Under the pieces are notes generated by a model that was not told the DNA's origin, searched no databases, and saw only the letters and a list, made by a program, of their open reading frames with translations. The position numbers were made by a program, and so were the translations under genes. A DNA stretch of 64,000 nt from Waterburya sp. (GTDB taxonomy: Bacteria > Cyanobacteriota > Cyanobacteriia > Cyanobacteriales > Xenococcaceae), in contig CBDCJV010000002.1 of NCBI GenBank assembly GCA_965217895.1, forward strand, positions 1,248,001 through 1,312,000, read 5' to 3'. This document shows, in pieces, positions 21,132 to 32,166 of this stretch. Each line of letters opens with the position of its first letter. Positions within the stretch are counted from its first letter, which is position 1.

Positions 21132-22343
21132 ATGAAACTGCTGGTTCTGAGTAATGGTCATGGAGAAGATGTAATAGCTGTTCGCATTATAGAACAATTA
21201 CAAATTGTTACCAATAATTTAGAAATAGCGGCTTTACCGATTGTCGGACAAGGTTACGCTTACAACAAATTAAATATTCCCATTGCTGGAAGAGTGCAGC
21301 AAATGCCTTCTGGGGGATTTATATATATGGGAGGCGATCCGCTTTGGCAAGATGTGCGGAGTGGGTTAATTAAGTTAACAACTGAACAGCTCAAGCTAGT
21401 GCGTCAATGGGGTAGAGAGAATGCGGCAATATTAGCAGTAGGAGATATTGTTCCCTTGCTATACGCCTGGTTGAGCAAAGCTAATTTTGCTTTTGTAGGT
21501 ACGGCTAAATCCGAATATTATCTGCGTAGCGAAACCGATTGGCTGGCTAAAACTTCCAGCTTAGAGAAAAAACTTGGTTCGGTTTATTTACCTTGGGAGC
21601 GTTGGTTGATGAGTCGTAATACCTGTAAAGCAGTATTTCCTAGGGATAGTTTGACTACAGAGATTTTACAAAAGTGGTCAATTCCTGCTTACGATCTGGG
21701 AAATCCGATGATGGATGGAATTACCTCAGAAATAAAATCCCTAGAATTAAAAAAACTCAGAGTATTATTATTAGCGGGTTCGAGAATGCCAGAGGCATTA
21801 AATAATTGGCAACAGATTTTGACCGCCTTGCTGTGGATAATTAATGAGTTTCCAGCCGAAAAATTAGAGTTTTTAGGCGCGATCGCACCAATATTGAATC
21901 TTAGAGTATTTGTTGAAGATGCAGTCACCTACGGCTGGGAAATAGCCGAAGAGAAAGCTCAAACTATAACCTTGACTAAAACCAACTGTGACCTAATTTT
22001 GAGCCAAGAAAATTATCAACAGTTTCTACAACAGTCAAATATTGCGATCGCCATGGCAGGTACAGCAACCGAACAATTTGTCGGCTTAGGCAAACCTGCG
22101 GTTATCATGCCAGGATCTGGACCTCAATTTACCTCTGCTTTTGCTGAAGCTCAATCGCGTTTACTTGGTTGCTCAATCATTATGGTAGACAATCCTCAGC
22201 AGGTGGGTAAAGCGATCGCTCAAGCAATCAATGATCCGCAACAGCTAATTAATATTGCTCTCAATGGTAAACGACGGATGGGAAAAGCAGGTGCCGCTAA
22301 AAGAATTGCTCAATGTCTACAAGAAAAGCTCTTAAAAATCTAA
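21132..22343 (+). CDS. Lipid-A-disaccharide-synthase-related GT-B protein
   Basis: LSNGHGED, MPSGGF, GTAKS and MAGTATEQ. Confidence 0.85.
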   Translation: MKLLVLSNGHGEDVIAVRIIEQLQIVTNNLEIAALPIVGQGYAYNKLNIPIAGRVQQMPSGGFIYMGGDPLWQDVRSGLIKLTTEQLKLVRQWGRENAAILAVGDIVPLLYAWLSKANFAFVGTAKSEYYLRSETDWLAKTSSLEKKLGSVYLPWERWLMSRNTCKAVFPRDSLTTEILQKWSIPAYDLGNPMMDGITSEIKSLELKKLRVLLLAGSRMPEALNNWQQILTALLWIINEFPAEKLEFLGAIAPILNLRVFVEDAVTYGWEIAEEKAQTITLTKTNCDLILSQENYQQFLQQSNIAIAMAGTATEQFVGLGKPAVIMPGSGPQFTSAFAEAQSRLLGCSIIMVDNPQQVGKAIAQAINDPQQLINIALNGKRRMGKAGAAKRIAQCLQEKLLKI

Positions 22344-22350
22344 AATAAAG

Positions 22351-23124
22351 ATGACAAATCAATTACGGGGTTTAATCTTTGATGTAGACGGTACTTTGGC
22401 TAACACAGAAAGAGACGGACATCGAGTGGCTTTTAATCAGGCGTTTGCAGAGGCTGGTTTGGATTGGCATTGGTCAGTAGAATTGTATGGTCAGCTACTA
22501 GCAGTTGCAGGGGGAAAAGAAAGAATTAAGTTTTATCTAAGTCAGTGTTTACCAGACTTCAAACCTAGTCAGGACATTACTGATTTTGTTACTCATCTCC
22601 ATCAGCTTAAGACCAAATACTATTTAGCATTACTTCGCCGAGGAGCAATCAAACTTCGACCAGGAACAAAGAGAATCATTGAATCAGCTAGACAAAATGA
22701 TGTTAGTCTGGCGATCGCAACTACATCTTCTTTACCTAACGTAATTGCTTTATTGGAGAAATATTTAGACTTAGATTGGTTTGAAACTATTGCCGCAGGA
22801 GATATTGTCGCTGCCAAAAAACCTGCTCCCGATATTTATAATTACGTTATCGATAAAATTTCCCTTCCGGCTCAAAACCTGCTGGTTTTTGAAGATTCTA
22901 ATAACGGTTTAGAAGCAGCAACTAAAGCAAGATTAAAAACCGTAGTGACTGTTAACAATTACACAAAACAACAAGATTTTAGCCAAGCAGCTTTGGTAGT
23001 CAGTGATTTGGGCGAACCAAATTTACCATGTCAAGTTATTCAAGGTGATTTTCAAGCTAGCTATTTAGATATAGCAAATTTAGGCACAATTTTAGCAACC
23101 CAAATATCCAACAAACCACTATGA
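22351..23124 (+). CDS. cbbY: CbbY-like HAD hydrolase
   Basis: FDVDGTLANTERDGHRVAFN, GGKERI, KKPAPDIY and EDS. Confidence 0.85.
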   Translation: MTNQLRGLIFDVDGTLANTERDGHRVAFNQAFAEAGLDWHWSVELYGQLLAVAGGKERIKFYLSQCLPDFKPSQDITDFVTHLHQLKTKYYLALLRRGAIKLRPGTKRIIESARQNDVSLAIATTSSLPNVIALLEKYLDLDWFETIAAGDIVAAKKPAPDIYNYVIDKISLPAQNLLVFEDSNNGLEAATKARLKTVVTVNNYTKQQDFSQAALVVSDLGEPNLPCQVIQGDFQASYLDIANLGTILATQISNKPL

Positions 23125-23275
23125 AATAAGGATTTAATTCCCATAGAAAATGGCGATCGCTATCGCTGTTGCTGATTCGGAAGTCTAATTGATTAAAAAT
23201 GCTAGCTGTTAGACAAATACAAAAAAAGGATGTTTTAGTAAACATCCTTCTAGTAATTAAATTTCAATTAGCTGA

Positions 23276-23656
23276 TTACTTAACAGTAACTTTTGCGCCA
23301 GCTTCTTCCAATTTCTTCTTGGTTTCTTCTGCATCCTCTTTAGGAACACCTTCTTTTAAGGCTTTGGGTGTAGATTCTACCATTTCTTTGGCTTCTTTTA
23401 GACCCAAGCCAGTGATGGTACGAACCACTTTGAGAATGGCAATTTTCTTGTCTTTGGGTACATCTTCTAAGATTACGTCAAATTCAGTTTTCTCTTCTTC
23501 AGCCTCAGCAGCAGCAGCAGGAGCAGCCATAGCTACACCAGCAGAAGCAGCAGCACTTACGCCGAAAGTTTCTTCAATTTGGGAAACCAGTTCAGAAGCC
23601 TCTAAAAGACTTAGAGTTTTCAACTTTTCGAGAATTTCATCAGTTGCAGTAGACAT
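23276..23656 (-). CDS. rplL: 50S ribosomal protein L7/L12
   Basis: [10 protein letters not shown] and GLGLKEAK. Confidence 0.98.
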   Translation of the reverse strand: MSTATDEILEKLKTLSLLEASELVSQIEETFGVSAAASAGVAMAAPAAAAEAEEEKTEFDVILEDVPKDKKIAILKVVRTITGLGLKEAKEMVESTPKALKEGVPKEDAEETKKKLEEAGAKVTVK

Positions 23657-23713
23657 AAATTTACTCCGTATTTTAGATAGTGATTAATTACGTAAATAAT
23701 TGGCGAAAAACGT

Positions 23714-24238
23714 TTATTCTTCTTTCTCGGAAACAGCCTTGATAGCTCTTGCCAGTCCACTGGGAACTTCTTTAACACCTACAGCAAGTTTGGTTGCCAA
23801 AGCGTTAATTGAGCCAGCAATTTGAGCATATAGCTCATCTTTGGTAGGCAAGTCACCTAATGCTTCAACCTGCTCTTTACTTAAAGCCTGACCTTCCATT
23901 ACGCCACCGCGCAATTCAGTCTTCTTGGTATCCTTCTGGAATCCCTTATAAGCTTTAACGGCTGCGCCTATCTCTTCTCCAGTAAAAAGAAATGCCGTGG
24001 CATCGTTAAGCAATTCAGCCATTGGCTGCCAGTTTTCATCACCATCAATGGCGATGTTCATTAGGGTGTTTTTGGTAATCTTACAGCTAGCACCGCTAGG
24101 GCGTAGACGATTACGCAGATCGGTAATTTCTGCTACCGATAATCCTTCATAGTTAATTACAAATCCTAGCTGTGCCTCACTCAAGGCTTCTTTAAGATCG
24201 GCTACTATTTCTTTTTTGTTGGCGAGGGTTCTCCCCAT
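23714..24238 (-). CDS. rplJ: 50S ribosomal protein L10
   Basis: MGRTLANK, KNTL and LPTKDEL. Confidence 0.98.
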   Translation of the reverse strand: MGRTLANKKEIVADLKEALSEAQLGFVINYEGLSVAEITDLRNRLRPSGASCKITKNTLMNIAIDGDENWQPMAELLNDATAFLFTGEEIGAAVKAYKGFQKDTKKTELRGGVMEGQALSKEQVEALGDLPTKDELYAQIAGSINALATKLAVGVKEVPSGLARAIKAVSEKEE

Positions 24239-24294
24239 CTTCTATCACCTCCTTTTTGATTGTTATCTTTTGGGTCAAAGTTACACCGTCATAA

Positions 24295-24432
24295 AACGAA
24301 AAAACCTCCAGCTTCTTGCCAGAGGTTGCCCAGTCATTTATCTCAATTTCTAATCAGAGAAATTGCTCGATAAGACTGATGGACATTGACCTCGGCAGGA
24401 AATTAAGCAGACGCGCCTGCTGTCTTTGGTGT
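24295..24432 (-). promoter_or_regulatory. L10 leader (autogenous ribosomal protein leader)
   Basis: AAGACAGCAGG...TTAA.TTCCTGCCGAGG upstream of rplJ, followed by hairpin AACCTCTGGC..GCTGGAGGTT-TTTT. Confidence 0.8.
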
Positions 24433-24482
24433 TAGTCGTCTAATCTTGGATGTTTATTTGTGGTGTTTGTCAAAAATTTCGT

Positions 24483-25202
24483 TTAGGCTGCCTCAGTCAA
24501 ACTTAAATCTCGTAAAGCACTCGCATCAACCTGAATTGATGGACCCATGGAAGCGGAAATATAGACAGTACGCCAGTAACGACCCTTTGCTCCCGAAGGG
24601 CGATTGCGGTCAACGGTTTCCTGTAGAGCTTTTAAATTAGCTAGCAAATCTTCCGCCGAAAAAGATGCCTTACCAAACATAACATGAACGATACCACTTT
24701 TGTCAGCCCGAAACTCTAATTTACCAGCTTTGAATGCCTGAACGGCTGGTTCTAAATCGGCGGTAACAGTTCCTCCTTTAGGAGATGGCATTAGACCTTT
24801 TGGCCCTAAAACACGACCTAATTTAGCTACCTTGGGCATCATATCAGGAGTCGCAATTAGAATATCAAAATCCATCATGCCTTTGGAGATGTCTTCGATT
24901 AGCTCTTCTGAACCATAGATTTCCGCTCCAGCATCTTGGGCTTCTTTGACCTTTTCGCCGCGAGCAATTACTGCAACTCTAACGGTTTGTCCTGTACCTT
25001 TAGGTAAACTGACGGTGGTTCTAAGCTGTTGGTCAGTGTACTTGGGATCGATACCCAGCTTCAGGTGAGCTTCTGCTGTCTCATCAAATTTAGCTGTAGC
25101 AGTCTCTTTAAGCAAGTTTAAGGCTTCTAGAGGCTCGTATGCTTTATCTTCGTCAACTTTTTTAATTAGCTCTCGCATTCGGCGAGACATTTTCTTGGTC
25201 AT
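24483..25202 (-). CDS. rplA: 50S ribosomal protein L1
   Basis: [11 protein letters not shown] and EFRADK. Confidence 0.98.
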   Translation of the reverse strand: MTKKMSRRMRELIKKVDEDKAYEPLEALNLLKETATAKFDETAEAHLKLGIDPKYTDQQLRTTVSLPKGTGQTVRVAVIARGEKVKEAQDAGAEIYGSEELIEDISKGMMDFDILIATPDMMPKVAKLGRVLGPKGLMPSPKGGTVTADLEPAVQAFKAGKLEFRADKSGIVHVMFGKASFSAEDLLANLKALQETVDRNRPSGAKGRYWRTVYISASMGPSIQVDASALRDLSLTEAA

Positions 25203-25312
25203 GGTTGAATCTCTCCTTGGGTAATTAGCGAAGTGGTTTGCTTCTCCCCGTAAAATTTGTAAGTAATAAGTTTTTGACTGTGGAAAATATGCTTAATCAG
25301 CGATGCCTACGG

Positions 25313-25741
25313 CTAAGCTTCGCTAATCGCCACACCCATATTTTTTGCTGTTCCCGCCACAATTTTCATTGCTGCTTCGATATCATTGGCATTGAGATCG
25401 GGCATTTTGGTTTGAGCAATTTCTTTAAGCTGATCTTTGCTGATCGTTGCCACTTTTTGCTTATTTGGCTCGTTTGCTCCTTTTTCTATGCCTGCTGCCT
25501 TTTTAATTAGAACAGATGCAGGAGGAGTTTTGAGGATAAAAGTAAAGCTTCGATCTTCAAATACAGAGATTTCTACAGGAATTACTAGTCCTACTTTCTC
25601 TGCTGTTTTGGCATTGTATTCTTTACAGAATGCCATGATATTGACACCGTGTTGACCCAAAGCAGGACCAACTGGAGGTGCAGGGTTAGCTTTACCCGCA
25701 GGCAAAGCTAATTTAATTAACGCTACAACTTTTCTAGGCAT
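25313..25741 (-). CDS. rplK: 50S ribosomal protein L11
   Basis: [18 protein letters not shown]. Confidence 0.98.
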   Translation of the reverse strand: MPRKVVALIKLALPAGKANPAPPVGPALGQHGVNIMAFCKEYNAKTAEKVGLVIPVEISVFEDRSFTFILKTPPASVLIKKAAGIEKGANEPNKQKVATISKDQLKEIAQTKMPDLNANDIEAAMKIVAGTAKNMGVAISEA

Positions 25742-25744
25742 TTT

Positions 25745-26383
25745 TTAGTTTTGTTTCTCGACTTGATTAAACTCCAATTCTACTGGAGTATCTCGCCCAA
25801 AAATAGATAGTAAGGCTTTTAGCTTACTTCTTTCTGGGCTAACTTCAATTACCTCCCCTTCAAACTCTTTAAATGGACCAGAAAGGACGGCAATCTTATC
25901 GCCAATTTCCATGTCAATTTTCATGACAGGCTCTTGTTCTTCAGCTTGCTTAAAGATGCGCTCTACTTCAGCGCGGGATAAAGGAAGTGGCTTAACATGA
26001 CCCCTACCTCTACCATAACGACGCTTTTGTTCTGCACCTACAAAGTTAATCACATTCGGGGTGTTTTTGACTATCTGCCAGGCATCATCATCCATCAGCA
26101 TTTTCACCAGAACATATCCAGGGAAAACTTTTTCGTCGCTGGTATAGCGTGAACCGTCTTTACGGATTTTGACGCTGGGGGTTTGGGGAATCTGCACCTG
26201 CATAACGCGATCGCCTATGTCTAGGGTTTGAATCCGCATTTCCATATCAGTTTTAACACGCTTTTCACATCCTGAAGCTACCTGTATAGCGTACCAGCGA
26301 GGACTACCTTTGGCTTTTAGATTAACCTGCACCTCCTCTGTCTGCTGATTATCATCTTCTGGTATGTCTGCGGCATTAGTCAT
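25745..26383 (-). CDS. nusG: Transcription elongation factor NusG
   Basis: WYAIQVASG, FPGYVL, KOW domain and IFGRDTPVEL; ATG at 26383 lies just after the secE stop. Confidence 0.97.
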   Translation of the reverse strand: MTNAADIPEDDNQQTEEVQVNLKAKGSPRWYAIQVASGCEKRVKTDMEMRIQTLDIGDRVMQVQIPQTPSVKIRKDGSRYTSDEKVFPGYVLVKMLMDDDAWQIVKNTPNVINFVGAEQKRRYGRGRGHVKPLPLSRAEVERIFKQAEEQEPVMKIDMEIGDKIAVLSGPFKEFEGEVIEVSPERSKLKALLSIFGRDTPVELEFNQVEKQN

Positions 26384-26385
26384 AA

Positions 26386-26622
26386 TTAAAATACTTTTCC
26401 TGCTCCCCAAGTAAAAAATTTATCAATTAGATAAATTATTGTGGACACTAAAATAACCATCAGAATTACGGCTGCTGACTCACTGATTAACTGTTGACGA
26501 GAAGGCCAAACAACTTTTCCCAATTCTTCTTTGGTTTGAATGGCAAATTCGGCAACACCACCGCCACTTGCTGCTTCTTTAGCTGCTGGCGTTTCTTTTT
26601 TTACTATATCTTTTTTGGTCAA
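26386..26622 (-). CDS. secE: Preprotein translocase SecE
   Basis: EELGKVVWPSRQQL plus TM. Confidence 0.95.
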   Translation of the reverse strand: MTKKDIVKKETPAAKEAASGGGVAEFAIQTKEELGKVVWPSRQQLISESAAVILMVILVSTIIYLIDKFFTWGAGKVF

Positions 26623-26885
26623 AACTGTTACCTCGCGAGGGTATTCGCTGAAAATAATTTATATGCTACTATCTTTAAAATATTAGCTTCAAAGTAAAAT
26701 AGTACTGCTGACTATCCAATCACTGCTTGATAACTTCATTTTTTACTCACCAGAAATTTGCCGATAGCTATTATATTATTAAGCTTAATCAATTATTGAG
26801 TAAATAGCTTGTGGGGATTAATAAGTTTTTGAACCTTTCTGACGCTTGTTTTTAAGCTTCTTCTTAGCAACCAACTTGGGAAATA

Positions 26886-26958
26886 CGCGCCTTGGAGGAC
26901 TTGAACCCCCGACATCCGGTTTTGGAGACCGACGTTCTACCAACTGAACTAAAGACGC
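26886..26958 (-). tRNA. trnW: tRNA-Trp(CCA)
   Basis: GCGTCTTTAGTTCAGTTGGTAGAACGTCGGTCTCCAAAACCGGATGTCGGGGGTTCAAGTCCTCCAAGGCGCG folds as a cloverleaf with anticodon CCA; 3' CCA not encoded. Confidence 0.97.
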
Positions 26959-27061
26959 ATCTATTTAACTGACTTTGACCAACGGTCAATCGTTTCCAAT
27001 TATATCCCATTGGTGCATTTTTCAATTAAAAAAGTAGGTCTTAAATATTTGCGAGAAAACT

Positions 27062-27424
27062 TCAGATAGGGCGATCAAAACGCTGTTTGATTCTAGTAGC
27101 TTTACCGACGCGATCGCGCAAATAATATAGCTTAGCGCGACGAACCTTACCGCGACGCTCTACTTTTATCTTAGAGATCATAGGCGAGTGTAAGAGAAAT
27201 ATTCTTTCTACCCCTACTCCTTGAAACACTTTACGCACGGTAATAGTTTCGTTAATACCGCCATTCTGCATGGCGATTACGGTGCCTTTATAAGGCTGTA
27301 CCCGCTCTTTGTTTCCTTCTGTAATTCTGACACCTACTTCTACAGTGTCACCAACATAGATATTAGGCAAATCTGATTTAAGATGTTCGGCTTCTATTGA
27401 ACGTATTATGGCTTCAGCATTCAT
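27062..27424 (-). CDS. rplS: 50S ribosomal protein L19
   Basis: GVGVER and [14 protein letters not shown]. Confidence 0.98.
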   Translation of the reverse strand: MNAEAIIRSIEAEHLKSDLPNIYVGDTVEVGVRITEGNKERVQPYKGTVIAMQNGGINETITVRKVFQGVGVERIFLLHSPMISKIKVERRGKVRRAKLYYLRDRVGKATRIKQRFDRPI

Positions 27425-27574
27425 GGCTATTATAAAAACTCACGATTTACCATCATAGCTTTTTTTCAGCCAATGGGAAAGAGGAAATCACAGTAGTTCA
27501 CATCAAAGTATTAAAGTATTAATTAAATTTCGTCAAATTTAAGTCTCCCTGATTTGTTACTTTATTCTTGACTC

Positions 27575-29035
27575 CTAAACTTGATTCCCAATTGGTAGAG
27601 AAACGGTGAACTTGGTTTTTCCAGGAAGTGTAGCTTTGTCTGATAAAACATTTACTGTGATACTACCTTCATGATGTTCAATGATTTGTTTGGCAATTGT
27701 TAATCCTAAGCCGGTGTTGTCACCAGAAGATTTGGTAGTGAAAAAAGGATCGCACATTTTTTGCACTACTTCTGGCTCTATGCCTTCTCCTGTATCGATG
27801 ATATCCACCGTAAGATTGTCTTGTTGCTGGTAGAGATTAATAGTTAATATCCCCTGTGAACCTATAGCGTCCAGGGCATTTTGAATTAGATGAAACCAAA
27901 GCTTTTGTAATTCTTCTGGGTAGCAATAGACAGCAGGAACATTGCCGTAATTCCTCATGATTTGAATACCTTTAGGCATCTGTTTTGCAAGCAAGCTTAA
28001 AGCAATTTCGATCGTGTTTTTAAGATGAGCCTGGCGTTTTTGAATATTGTTTTTTTGACTATTGGCATAGTTATCAAGAGCTTCGATAATCTTGGTGAAT
28101 TTATCAGTTGAATCAGCAATGTGTTCTACACTTTCATGCAAATTATTAATTAGGTAAGCATTTTCTAAAATTGCTAAATAGTCTTTGCCTGTTAATAGGG
28201 GTAAAAACTCTTCTATTTCTTCATCAGAACCCAAGTTAAAGAGAATATTGGCAGTTTTTTCGGCTGCTGCGATTTTAAATTTTTCCAGTTTGGCAATAAT
28301 TTTAGCTTTTAGCTCTTGTTTTTCTGCCGTTGACAACAACAAGTTAACGTTTCTACTTCTAGCTTGTTTTAATAATGCTATGAAATATTTTTGTTGCTCA
28401 GGTGAGAGCTGCTGCAAGAAAATAGGCAAATCTTTTAGGCTAGATTCTTTAAATTGATTTAACTCTGCTAAAGAGCTTTTAATTTCTGACAGAGGATTAT
28501 TAACCTGTTGGCTAATACCCGCAGTTATTTTTTCTAAGGTCAAATATTTATTTGATTTAATTATTTGCTTTTGGTTTTTTTTAAGCTGATTTACTGCTCT
28601 ACTTAGCTGCTCATTTCTAGCTTGTAACTGATGTTTTAGATTGACTAAAGAAAGCTGATTTTTGACTCTAATTAAAACCTCGTGCATCTGGAATGGTTTT
28701 TGAATATAGTCAGCACCACCGATGGCAAAAGCTTTGACTTTATCTACCGATTCATTAATAGCACTGATAAAGATTACGGGAATATGTTTAGTTCTAGGAT
28801 TACTTTTTAACTGTTTACATACCTGATAACCATCTAAATCTGGCATCATAATATCTAATAATATTAAGTCTGGAGGATTTATTTCTGCTGCTGAAAGTGC
28901 AAGTTTGCCATTAGGAACAGGTCTAACCTTATATTCATATTTAGTTAAAATATCTACTAACAAATGCAGATTTTGGGGAGTATCATCCACCACCAAAATA
29001 TTATTTAATTCCTGTGCCACCATTAAACTTCTCAT
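27575..29035 (-). CDS. Receiver-histidine-kinase-like protein with degenerate H-box
   Basis: Intact REC (VVDD, LLDIMMP, KPF); H-box reads AGISQQVNNPL; HATPase DTGEGI, PFFTTK and NTGLGL. Confidence 0.88.
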   Translation of the reverse strand: MRSLMVAQELNNILVVDDTPQNLHLLVDILTKYEYKVRPVPNGKLALSAAEINPPDLILLDIMMPDLDGYQVCKQLKSNPRTKHIPVIFISAINESVDKVKAFAIGGADYIQKPFQMHEVLIRVKNQLSLVNLKHQLQARNEQLSRAVNQLKKNQKQIIKSNKYLTLEKITAGISQQVNNPLSEIKSSLAELNQFKESSLKDLPIFLQQLSPEQQKYFIALLKQARSRNVNLLLSTAEKQELKAKIIAKLEKFKIAAAEKTANILFNLGSDEEIEEFLPLLTGKDYLAILENAYLINNLHESVEHIADSTDKFTKIIEALDNYANSQKNNIQKRQAHLKNTIEIALSLLAKQMPKGIQIMRNYGNVPAVYCYPEELQKLWFHLIQNALDAIGSQGILTINLYQQQDNLTVDIIDTGEGIEPEVVQKMCDPFFTTKSSGDNTGLGLTIAKQIIEHHEGSITVNVLSDKATLPGKTKFTVSLPIGNQV

Positions 29036-29057
29036 TACTTTCTTCCCTTTTATAAAA

Positions 29058-31907
29058 CTAGTTTTGGAGTAATAAATTTAAAATATGTTCGTATTCAAAA
29101 TTGTCAATATGTTGATTTATTGTCTGTGCTAGCAACTGATTTTCATAAGCAATTTTCTCAATAGTTTGATTGATTTTTTCTAAATCTATTGCCATGATTG
29201 ATTGCTGAAGCTCTAAAATCAATTCAGCCGATAAAGTATCAAAAGAATCTGAATTAAGTTGCGATAAGCCTAGCGGCATTGCTTCGCTATGCAATTCTTT
29301 TGTTGTCATACTATCTGTCTCCGCATAGGTATAACACACACCTAAATGCTTCGTCATCATTGCCAAAAGTTCCTCGGCTTGAAATGGCTTGCGCATAAAG
29401 TCATCACAGCCCGTATCCATAATCACTGCTTTTTCTGACTGCATTGCACTAGCAGTAAGGGCAATAATTTTGGTTTTAGACAACTTGTCTGTCTTGATCC
29501 TGCGTACAGCTTCATAACCATTCATGTTAGGCATCCTAATATCCATAAAGATTAAGTCTGGCTGCCATTCTTGCGCCCAAGCGATCGCTTGTTCTCCGTC
29601 CGCTGCTTTTTTGACAGCAAAACCCAAAGGCTTAATTAACTCTACTAGCAACTCACGATTATCAGATTTATCATCCACTACTAAGATGCGGTATTGAGGT
29701 TGATTTGCCTCTAAACCAATAACTTTTCTTTGAGGCTGTTTGGCGGGTATTTGTTCTGAGGTGCTTATCTGCACTAACACCTCAAATTTAAAGACGCTGC
29801 ATACATTTTCTATTGAGCGAACCTGAATCTCTCCTCCTAAAAGCTGAACAAATTTACGGCTAATAGCTAAACCTAATCCCGTTCCTTCCTTAGCTTCTCT
29901 TCCAGACTGAGTTTGAACAAACGGTTCAAATAATGAATCAATTTCTGTTGCTGCAATACCCTTACCCGTATCTTCTACGGTAAAAACAAGCTTGATATCT
30001 GTATTGGGTTCAAGCTGATTAGCATTATCCGTAATCGGCATAACTCTCAGCACCACGCTACCTTGGCTGGTAAACTTGAGCGCGTTATTGAGTAAATTAA
30101 TCAGAATCTGGCGTAATTTGCCTTGATCTGTCTTAATGTATGGCGGTGTCTGTTCAGCAACTTCAAAATTAAGCTGTAAACCCTTATTGCGAGCTTTGAG
30201 AGCAAACATTTGCTTTAAATCGTTCAAAAACTCGTAGAGATCGAAGTTAGTTTGTTCGAGGGTGAAACGTTCTGCCTCTATTTTAGATAAATCTAAAACA
30301 TTGTTAATCAGTCCTAATAAATGCTCTCCACTACGGCTAATAATTTCTAAATGCTTTTGTTCTGCTTTGGGTAAAGCCTGATTGCGATTTATAAGTTGAG
30401 CAAAGCCCAAGATGGCATTCAAGGGTGTTCTGAGTTCATGACTCATGTTGGCTATGAAGGCACTTTTAGCTTGATTAGCTACTTCCGCTTTTTCTTTGGC
30501 AGTAGATAACTCGGCGGTGCGTTGTTCGACTTTCTGTTCTAAATCGGCATTGAATTGTTTTAACTCTAAGGTTGAGGCTTCTAAACTATCAATTACGTGA
30601 TTGTAATGCTTCGCTACGTGACCAATTTCGGTAAAGGGTTCTACAGGGACTCGTAAACTCAAATCTTGGTTAGCCGCTTGCAAATTCATCACCTGCAACA
30701 TTTGGTAAACAGTGCTTTGGGCATAGTGTTCTGAGATATTTAGTCCTCTCTCCTCGTCTATAGCTGAGACTCGTAAGGGTGTAAAGCGATTAATAATCTT
30801 TAATAAAATCCAAGTTATGGCAAATGCCCAAACACCACATATTGCTATACCCAGCAGCTGAATCAAAAGTTGATTTAAGCGATCGCCCGCAGGTAAAAGT
30901 TCTAAGTTGCCAAATAAAGCAACAGAGAGAGTTCCCCAAATACCTCCACCTAAATGAACGGGAATTCTATCGATCGCATCATCTATTTGCCAGTACTGTA
31001 GTAGATAACTACACCAAATACAGATAATTCCGCCAATAAAGCCAATAATAATGGCGATTTGGGGGTTAACTATATTGCAAGCAGCAGAAATTGACACTAA
31101 ACCCGCTAGAGAACCATTAATTAAAAATTCGACTTTAATGGTTTTTAATCTTTGCCAACTAATAAATCCCGCACCAAACATTCCTGATGCACTAGCTAGC
31201 ATCGTATTGAGAATGATTAAAGCAACTTTGCTAGTTAAAGCCAGAACGCTACCACCATTGAAACCCAGCCATCCTAGCCAAATCAACATCGCTCCTAAAA
31301 CAGAAAAAGGTAGATTTGAACCATGAATTTGAACCGCTTTACCTGATGATGTAAAACGCCCTGTTCTTGCACCGATAATTAAAACCACTGCCAGAGAAAC
31401 CCAACCACCTACGCTGTGAACCACCGTTGAACCTGCAAAGTCAACAAAACCTATCCGTGCTAAAAAACCAGTTACATTATCTGTATGCAGACCATTCCAC
31501 GCCCAGTGACAAAAAATAGGATAGATTAACCCTGAAACCAGAACGGTAATAATTACATAGGCTCTAAATCTTAAACGTTCTGCGGTAGCACCAGCAACAA
31601 TAGTAGCGCAGGTGCTACAAAACATCATCTGGAAAATAAAATAGACAATCTCTCTAGCAGAGAAAGATTCTGGGTTAAAAAAGAAATTATTTGTACCAAT
31701 TAACCCCATGGCTGAAATGCCAAATGCCAAGGCATAACCAAATGCCCAGAAAAGTATAATGGAGATGCCTAAATCGATCAGATTTTTGATGGCTACGTTG
31801 ATACTATTTTTGGTTCTGGTAAGCCCAGACTCTAAGCACATATAGCCTGGCTGCATTAGTAAAACCAGAAACGTGCAAAATAGCAACCATAAGTAGTTAG
31901 AATTCAT
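29058..31907 (-). CDS. Ammonium transporter (Amt)-HAMP-like-HisKA-HATPase-REC fusion
   Basis: Amt motifs [36 protein letters not shown] and IDD...VH; then [11 protein letters not shown] boxes and REC DIRMP. Confidence 0.95.
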   Translation of the reverse strand: MNSNYLWLLFCTFLVLLMQPGYMCLESGLTRTKNSINVAIKNLIDLGISIILFWAFGYALAFGISAMGLIGTNNFFFNPESFSAREIVYFIFQMMFCSTCATIVAGATAERLRFRAYVIITVLVSGLIYPIFCHWAWNGLHTDNVTGFLARIGFVDFAGSTVVHSVGGWVSLAVVLIIGARTGRFTSSGKAVQIHGSNLPFSVLGAMLIWLGWLGFNGGSVLALTSKVALIILNTMLASASGMFGAGFISWQRLKTIKVEFLINGSLAGLVSISAACNIVNPQIAIIIGFIGGIICIWCSYLLQYWQIDDAIDRIPVHLGGGIWGTLSVALFGNLELLPAGDRLNQLLIQLLGIAICGVWAFAITWILLKIINRFTPLRVSAIDEERGLNISEHYAQSTVYQMLQVMNLQAANQDLSLRVPVEPFTEIGHVAKHYNHVIDSLEASTLELKQFNADLEQKVEQRTAELSTAKEKAEVANQAKSAFIANMSHELRTPLNAILGFAQLINRNQALPKAEQKHLEIISRSGEHLLGLINNVLDLSKIEAERFTLEQTNFDLYEFLNDLKQMFALKARNKGLQLNFEVAEQTPPYIKTDQGKLRQILINLLNNALKFTSQGSVVLRVMPITDNANQLEPNTDIKLVFTVEDTGKGIAATEIDSLFEPFVQTQSGREAKEGTGLGLAISRKFVQLLGGEIQVRSIENVCSVFKFEVLVQISTSEQIPAKQPQRKVIGLEANQPQYRILVVDDKSDNRELLVELIKPLGFAVKKAADGEQAIAWAQEWQPDLIFMDIRMPNMNGYEAVRRIKTDKLSKTKIIALTASAMQSEKAVIMDTGCDDFMRKPFQAEELLAMMTKHLGVCYTYAETDSMTTKELHSEAMPLGLSQLNSDSFDTLSAELILELQQSIMAIDLEKINQTIEKIAYENQLLAQTINQHIDNFEYEHILNLLLQN

Positions 31908-32166
31908 GGGTATTTAAAGCTAGTAGGGATGATAATATTAATCCTCGATTCAATTATTCCCTCTTTTTTGGGAATTGGCACTAGTGTCGCTGCGCTTAAG
32001 TAATAGGTAGTGGGTAGTGGGTAAGCTATCGATGCACTTAAATTGCACATTATTTTTATTTAATTAGGAAATAAACCATTAAACCCTCTCCCTATTTCCC
32101 TATCTTCCTCAACAGGTAAACTAAATGCTTAACAGCTTATTATTAGGTAGCAGGTAGTTGGTATAA

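Noticed and set aside
23199..23687. Antisense or alternate-frame ORFs (this one and e.g. 1599-1964, 7684-7983, 19517-19795, 25238-25655, 34168-34467, 45849-46097, 49817-50119)
   Set aside because: Shadows of well-supported genes or repeats, with no motifs of their own.
26886..26958. tRNA-Trp as an island integration site
   Set aside because: It sits in the conserved rplS-trnW-secE order; no integrase or duplicated 3' end was seen.
31908..32166. NtcA box upstream of the Amt-kinase
   Set aside because: No GTA-N8-TAC found; only short tandem repeats.
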